From contig OZ024741.1 of assembly GCA_964016885.1 (NCBI GenBank), positions 12,338,001 to 12,402,000 on the forward strand: a stretch of DNA of 64,000 nucleotides, written 5' to 3'. Below, piece after piece: positions 55,634 to 64,000 of the stretch. Below the pieces are notes generated by a model that had not been told where the DNA came from, searched no databases, and was given only the letters and a program-made list of their open reading frames with translations. A program made the translations under genes and the position numbers. The DNA comes from Eledone cirrhosa (Eukaryota). Position 1 is the stretch's first letter. Each line of letters starts with the position of its first letter.

Positions 55634-55673
55634 CATGGAACTCTTTTAACCATCTTTTGATCTTATATATTAT

Positions 55674-55910
55674 ATATATATATATATGTGTGTACGTATC
55701 TTGGTGTGCATGTCTATATATATCTGTGTGTCTGTATGTATGCATGTATGCATCTATATCTGTATGTGTGTATATGCATGTATATATGTATGTATGTGTG
55801 TATGTATGTATGTATGTATGTATCTATGTATGTATGTATGTGTGTATGTATGTGTCTATGTGTGTATGTATGTGTCTATGTGTGTGTGTATGTATGTGTG
55901 TGTGTGTTTG
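55674..55910. repeat. (TATG)n/(TG)n microsatellite
   Basis: Direct reading. Confidence 0.9.
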
Positions 55911-55996
55911 TAAAGGTGTTTGAAATCTGACAGAAATTCGTTGCTAAGGAAGTGAGGCAAAACCAAATAGAGATAAAAACAAACAAATATATAAGT

Positions 55997-57100
55997 CAAC
56001 ACCCCACCCAACCTCTTCCACCCTACCTCCACTCACCCCACTCCCACTCCACCCCACCAACACCCACCCCACCACCACCCACCCCACCACCACCCACCCC
56101 ACAAACACTCCACCCACACATAACCCAGCCCCACAACCACTCCACCCAACCAGCACCCTCCCCACAACCACTCCACCTACCACCGCCCACCCCACCAACA
56201 CTCCACCCCACCACCACCCACCCCACCACCACTCCACCCAACCATCACCCTCCCCACAACCACTCCACCTACCACCGCCCACCCCACCATCACTCCACCC
56301 CACCATCACTCCACCCCACCACCACCCACCCCACCACCACTCCACCCAAACAGCACCCACCCCACAACCACTCCACCCAACTATCATTCACCCCACCATC
56401 ACTCCACCCAATACCCACCCCACCCAACACCAGCCGACCACTACACAACCTTAGCCCCAACCCATATACACCACTACTACAATTCGACACTTACATACCC
56501 ACCACCACCACCACCAGCACCATTAAACACTCCCCCCATAGCCTCCACCACCACCACCACCACCACCACCACCACCACCACCATAACACACTCACCCCGT
56601 AGCCTCCACCACCACCATCACCACCAGCACCTTTTACACACGCCCCCCATTGCCTCCAACACCACCAACACCACCATAACACACTCCCCCCGTAGCCTCC
56701 ACCACCACCAGCACCATTACACACGCCCCCTATAGCCTCCAACACCACCACCACCACCATTACACACACCCCCATAGCCTCCAACACCACCACCACCACC
56801 ACCATAATACACTCCCCCCATAGCCTCCAACACCACCACCACCATTACACACTACCCCATAGCCCACAACACCACCACCACCACCATTACACACTCCCCC
56901 CATAGCCTCCAACACCACCACCACCACCAACATTACACACTACCCCATATCCTCCAACACCACCACCACCAACACCATTACACACTCCCCCATAGCCTCC
57001 AACACCACCACCACCACCAGCACCATTACACATCTCCCCCATAGCCTCCAACACCACCACCACCACCACCATTACACACTCCCCCCATAGCCTCCAACAC
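55997..57100. repeat. C/A-rich low complexity followed by a ~40-50-bp minisatellite
   Basis: ACCATTACACACTCCCCCATAGCCTCCAACACCACCACC repeated from ~56500. Confidence 0.85.
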
Positions 57101-60100
57101 CACCACCACCACAACCAACACCACCACAACCAACACCACCTCAACCAACACCACCACCACCACCACCACAATCAACACTACAACCAACACCAGCACAACC
57201 AACACCACCACAACCAACACCACCAAAACCAACACCACTACAACCAACACCACCACAACCAACACCACCACAACCAACACCACCTCAACCAACACCACCA
57301 CCACCACCACCACAACCAACACTACAACCAACACCATCACAACCAACACCAGCACAACCAACACCACCACAACCAACACCACTACAACCAACACCAGCAC
57401 AACCAACACCACTACAACCAACACCACTACAACCAACATCACCACAACCAACACCACCACAACCAACACCACTACAACCAACACCACTACAACCAACACC
57501 ACCACAACCAACACCACCACAACCAACACCACTACAACCAACACCACTACAACCAACACCACCAAAACCAACACCACTACAACCAACACCACCACAACCA
57601 ACACCACCTCAACCAACACCACCACAACCAACACAACCACAACCAACACCACTACAACCAAGACCACCACAACCAACACCACCTCAACAAACACCACCAC
57701 AACCAACACCACCACAACCAACACCACTACAACCAACACCACCACAACCAACACCACCACAACCAACACCTACTACAACCAACACCACAACCAACACCAT
57801 CTCAGCCAACACCACTACAACCAACACCACCTCAACCAACACCACCACAACCAACACCACTACAACCAACACCTACTACAACCAACACCACAACCAACAC
57901 CACCACAACCAACACCTACTACAACCAACACCACAACCAACACCACCACAACATCAACATCAACAACCACCATCACCACAACCAACACCACTACAACCAA
58001 CACCCCAACCAACACCACCACAACCAACACCACTACAACCAACACCACAACCAACACCACCTCAACCAACACCTACTACAACCAACACCACAACCAACAC
58101 CACCTCAACCAACACCACTACAACCAACACCACCACAACCACCATCACCACAACCAACACCACTACACCAACACCACAGCCAAACCCACCACCACCACCA
58201 CTACCACCACCATTACCACGATTACCACCAACACCACCACCACTACCACCACCACACCACCACCATCACCACTAACACCACCACAACCAACACCACCACA
58301 ACCAACATCACCACAACCAACACCACCACAACCAACACCACCACAACCAACACCACCACAACCAACACCACCACAACCAACACCACCACAACCAACACCA
58401 CTACAACCAACACCACCACAACCAACACCACCTCAACCAACACCACCACAACCAACACTACCACAACCAACACCACTGCAACCAACACCACCACAGCCAA
58501 CACCACTACAACCAACGCCACCACAACCAACACCACCACAACCAACACCACTACAACCAACACCACCACAACCAACACCACCACAACCAACACCACTACA
58601 ACCAGCACCACAACCAACACCACCACAACCAATACCACCACAACAACAACATCAACATCAACAACTACCACCACCATCACCACAACCAACACCACTACAC
58701 CAACACAACAACCAACACCACCACAACCAACACCACTACAAACAACACCACCACAACCAACACCACCACAACCAACACCACCACAACCAACACCACCACA
58801 ACCAACACCACTACAACCAACACCACCACAACCAACACCACTAACACCACTACAACCAACAGCACCACAGCCAACACCACTACAACCAACACTACCACAA
58901 CCAACACCACTACAACCAACACTACCACAACCAACACCACTACAACCAACACCACCACAACCAACACCACTACAACCAACACCACTACGACCAACACCAC
59001 CACAAGCAACACCACTACAACCAACACCACCACAACCAACACCACCACAACCAACACCACCACAACCAACACCACTACAACCAACACCACTACAACCAAC
59101 ACGACCATAACCAACACCACCACAACCAACATCACCACAACCAACACCACCACAACCAGCACCACTACAACCAACACCACCACAACCAACACCACTACAA
59201 CCAACACCACCACAAACAACACCACCACAACCAACACAACCACAACCAACACAACCAGCACCACTACAACCAACACCACCACAACCAACACCACTACAAC
59301 CAACACCACCACAACCAACACCACCACAACCAACACCACCACAACCAACACCACTACAACCAACACCACCACAACCAACACCACTACAACCAACACCACC
59401 ACAACCAACATCACTACAACCAACACCACCACAACCAACACCACTACAACCAACACCACCACAACCAACACCACCACAACCAACACCACCACAACCAACA
59501 CCACCACAACCAACACCACCACAACCAACACCACCACAACCAACATCACTACAACCAACACCACCACAACCAACACCACCACAACCAACATCACCACAAC
59601 CAACACCACCACAACCAACACCACCTCAACAAACACCACCACAACCAACACCACCACAACCAACACCACTACAACCAACACCACCACAACCAACACCACC
59701 ACAACAAACACCACCACAACCAACACCACCACAACCAACACCACTACAACCAACACCACCACAACCAACACCACCACAACAAACACCACCACAACCAACA
59801 CCACCACAACCAACACCACTACAACCAACACCACCACAACCAACACCACTACAACCAACACCACCACAATCAACACCACCTCAACAAACACCACCACAAC
59901 CAACACCACCGCAACCAAGACCTACTACAACCAACACCACCACAATCAACACCACCTCAACAAACACCACCACAACCAACACCACCACAACCAACATCAC
60001 TACAACCAACACCACCACAACCAACACCACCACAACCAACATCACCACAACCAACACCACCACAACCAACACCACTACAACCAACACCACTACAACCAAC

Positions 60101-61960
60101 ACCACCACAACCAACAACACCACAACCAACACCTACTACAACCAACACCACAACCAACACCACCTCAGCCAACACCACTACAACCAACACCTACTACAAC
60201 CAACACCACAACCAACATCACCACAACCAACACCACCACAACCAACACCACTACAACCAAACCACTACAACCAACACCACCACAACCAACACCACCACAA
60301 CAAACACCTACTACGACCAACACCACAAACAACACCACCTTAACCAACAGCACTACAACCAACACCACCTCAACCAACACCACCACAACCAACACCACCA
60401 CAACCAACATCACCACAACCAACACCACCACAACCAACACCACTACAACCAACACCACTACAACCAACACCACCACAACCAACATCACCACAACCAACAC
60501 CATTACAACCAACACCACTACAACCAACAACACCACAACCAACACCACTACAACCAACACCACCACAACCAACACCACCTCAACCAACACCACCACACCC
60601 AACACCACCACAACCAACATCACCACAACCAACACCACCACAACCAACACCACTACAACCAACACCACTACAACCAACACCGCCACAACCAACATCACCA
60701 CAACCAACACCACCACAACCAACACCACTACAACTAACACCACTACAACCAACAACACCACAACCAACACCACTACAACCAACACCACCACAAGCAACAC
60801 CACTACAACCAACACCTACTACAACCAACACCACAACCAACACCACCACAACCAACACCTACTACAACCAACACCACAACCAACACCACCACAACCAACA
60901 CCACTACAACCAACACCTCAACCAACACTACCACAACCAACACCACTACAACCAACACCACAACCAACACCACCTCAACCAACACCTACTACAACCAACA
61001 CCACAACCAACACCACCTCAACCAACACCACTACAACCAACACCACCACAACCAACACCACTACAACCAACACCACCACAACCAACACCACCACAACCAA
61101 CACCACCACAACCAACACCACTACAACCAACACCACCACAACCAACACCACTACAACCAACACCACCACAACCAACACCACCTCAACCAACACCACCACA
61201 ACCAACACCACCACAACCAACACCACTACAACCAACACCACCACAACCAACACCACCACAACCAACACCACCACAACCAACACCACTACAACCAACACCT
61301 CAACCAACACCACCACATCCAACACCTACTACAACCAACACCACAACCAACACCACCTCAGCCAACACCACCACAACCAACACCTACTACAACCAACACC
61401 ACAACCAACACCACCTCAACCAACACCTACTACAACCAACACCACAACCAACACCACCACAACCAACACCTACTACAACCAACACCACCTCAGCCAACAC
61501 CACCTCAACCAACACCACTACAACCAACACCTCAACCAACACCACCACAACCAACACCACTACAACCAACACCTCAACCAACACCACCACAACCAACACC
61601 ACTACAACCAACACCTCAACCAACACCACCACAACCAACACCACTACAACCAACACCACCACAACCAACACCACCTCAACCAACACCACCACAACCAACA
61701 CCTACTACAACCAACACCACAACCAACACCACCTCAGCCAACACCACCACAACCAACACCTACTACAACCAACACCTCAACCAACACCACCTCAACCAAC
61801 ACCACTACAACCAACACCACAACCAACACCACCTCAACCAACACCTACTACAACCAACACCACAACCAACACCACCTCAACCAACACCACTACAACCAAC
61901 ACCACCACAACCACCATCACCACAACCAACACCACTAAACCAACACCACAACCAAACCCA
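57100..61960. repeat. 15-bp minisatellite (ACCAACACCACCACA / ACCAACACCACTACA)
   Basis: Direct reading. The poly-V/L ORFs are artefacts. Confidence 0.96.
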
Positions 61961-63018
61961 CCACCACCACCACTACCACCACCATTACCACCATTACCAC
62001 CAACACCACCACCACTACCACCACCACACCATAACCACCACCACTAACACTACCACGACCACCACCACAACCATTACCACTACCACCACTACCACCACCA
62101 CCACCAACACCACCACCATTCCTACCATCATCAACTCCACCACCACTAACAATACCCCCCCTCCACCACCACTATCACTACCACTACAGTTATGATGTTC
62201 CCTCCCCTTCTCTCCAGGCCTACACACCACCGCCACCACCAACTCCCAGCACACAGCGCCCCCATAAATGTAAGCAATTAATCACCATCACCATCACCAT
62301 TATCACCATTGTTACAACCATCCTAACTACCACACAAGCAACACCACTACTGCCACCTATAATCTCAACAATCACCACCATCACCACCATCACCATCACC
62401 ACCACCACCATCACCACCACCACCGACAACACCATCACCATCACCACCACCACCATCACCACCACCACCGACAACACCATCACCATCACCATCACTACTG
62501 CCACCTATAATCTCAACAATCACCACCATCATCATCACCACCACCACCATCACCGACAACACCATCACCATCACCATCACTACTGCCACCTATCATCTCA
62601 GCAATCACCACCATCATCACCACCATCACCATCACCACCACCACCACCACCACCAACAACAACAACAGAATCACCAAAACCATCACTACTGCCACCTATA
62701 ATCTCAACAATCACCATCATCACCACCACTACCACCACCACCACCATCACCACCACCGACAACACCATCACCATCACCATCACTACTGCCACCTATAATT
62801 TCAACAATCACCACCACCACCACCGCCATCACCACTACCACCACCATCACCACTATCGTCAAGAAGAAGAAGAACCGGGAAAAGGAAGAGGAAAAGGGAA
62901 AGAAAGATGAACAACAGAAACGACAACGACGACAACAACAACAATGATAACAACAACAACGATAACAACAACGACGGCAACAACAACAACAACAACAACG
63001 TCAACGACAGCAACATCA
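61960..63018. repeat. (ACC/ATC/AAC) low complexity with a recurring CACTACTGCCACCTATAATCTCAACAATC unit
   Basis: About 5 copies between 62345 and 62810. Confidence 0.85.
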
Positions 63019-63863
63019 AGTCATTTATTTAATAAAGTGCAAACGACAAGTCCATCAGTCCATAAATATGTCGACATTCATCCATTTTGTCTGCTGCTGT
63101 CGGCAACCACCGCCATCTGCCGGTAAAAAGACGTTTCGGATGATAAAGCGGAAGTGTAAAAAGAAAAAAGAAATGGCGTCGTCGTTGTCGTCTGTTCGGT
63201 GATGGTGTTGGTTATGGTGTTGGTCGTGATTACGGCCTGTATGTAGCAGGTAGTGGGGATTGGGTTGTTTGCGATTGCTTTCACTTGTGTTGTTTTAACC
63301 GACGGAACAATACAAACAATCAAATATACACAGATTTTCCATCTTGCCAACTTTTCTATCAATCTTCTATTTATTTCATTCTCTTCTCTTTCTTTTCTAT
63401 TCCTTCTTTATTCAGTTATTTATCTCGTTACTTATTTACACTTATTTCTTTCCTTTCTTTCGTTTGGCATTCAATCTTTGTTTTTGTCTTTTTTTTTTTT
63501 TTTCACGCATTTATCGATGTTTTTTTTAATATATTATGTTTACCTCTTTCCAATCTTTCTTTCGGTTTTTGTTTCTCAAAGTTTCTATTTTTCTAGTTTA
63601 TCAAGTTTTATTTTTATTTTTCTATATTCTTTCTAATTTTTCATCTAATCTATTTATCGTTCCTTCTTTCTTATTTTCATAGTATCTTTTGTTTCCCAAC
63701 ATTTACATCTAACTTGCTGTCGAGGTGTCAATATGTCGACATCATCTTCCTCACTAAATAAGTCCATCATACACTGTTTCCAGTTCCCGTATTATTGGCT
63801 TCAGTCTCGCTTACATCTCGGTTAATACCGTTGGGAAGAAAGACATAGGAAGGTATCACAGAA

Positions 63864-63935
63864 TAGATTTTACGGGCAAAACCAGTCGGCAGGAGACACA
63901 GAGGTAGACCGTGAACATGATAGTTGGATAACAAC
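63864..63935 (+). mobile_element. Short RTE LINE fragment, same family as the satellite flank
   Basis: AGATTTTACGGGCAAAACCAGTCGGCAGGAGACACAGAGGTAGACC encodes ILRAKPVGRRHRGRP. Confidence 0.7.
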
Positions 63936-64000
63936 CGAACCTTCAATACCGAGTTTTAATATTCATTCTATGAAGGCTAAATAGTGAGCCTTGTTGCTCT

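Larger units (their letters stand above)
55336..55673. repeat. Spacer-less ~340-bp palindrome centred at 55504/55505
   Basis: ...AAATCAACAT|ATGTTGATTT...; one arm mismatch seen. Confidence 0.93.

Noticed and set aside
57026-61701. Poly-Val/Leu membrane proteins or a mucin-like Thr-rich ORF
   Set aside because: 15-bp minisatellite with frequent frame-breaking indels and no unique domain.

Overview
Eukaryotic, repeat-dense DNA with no intact host gene. (TA)n tracts and a tRNA-SINE suggest a cephalopod/Octopus-like mollusc (inference). 1-18.5 kb is a ~199-copy array of a 93-bp monomer that is a piece of an RTE-clade LINE coding region. 19-27.6 kb holds an R4/Dong-type RLE retrotransposon and a near full-length Tx1/L1 LINE, tail-to-tail in one (TAA)n tract. 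A CR1-like LINE, mariner remnants, SINEs and large 11-bp and 15-bp minisatellites follow. From 28 to 56 kb there are many (TA)n-anchored fold-back sequences carrying minimal type I hammerhead ribozymes, one attached to a Penelope GIY-YIG fragment. At 46.5-49.5 kb a possible Helentron-like element carries an intron-containing SGNH-hydrolase gene and a BACK-like exon. All calls come from reading the sequence by eye, without database searches.
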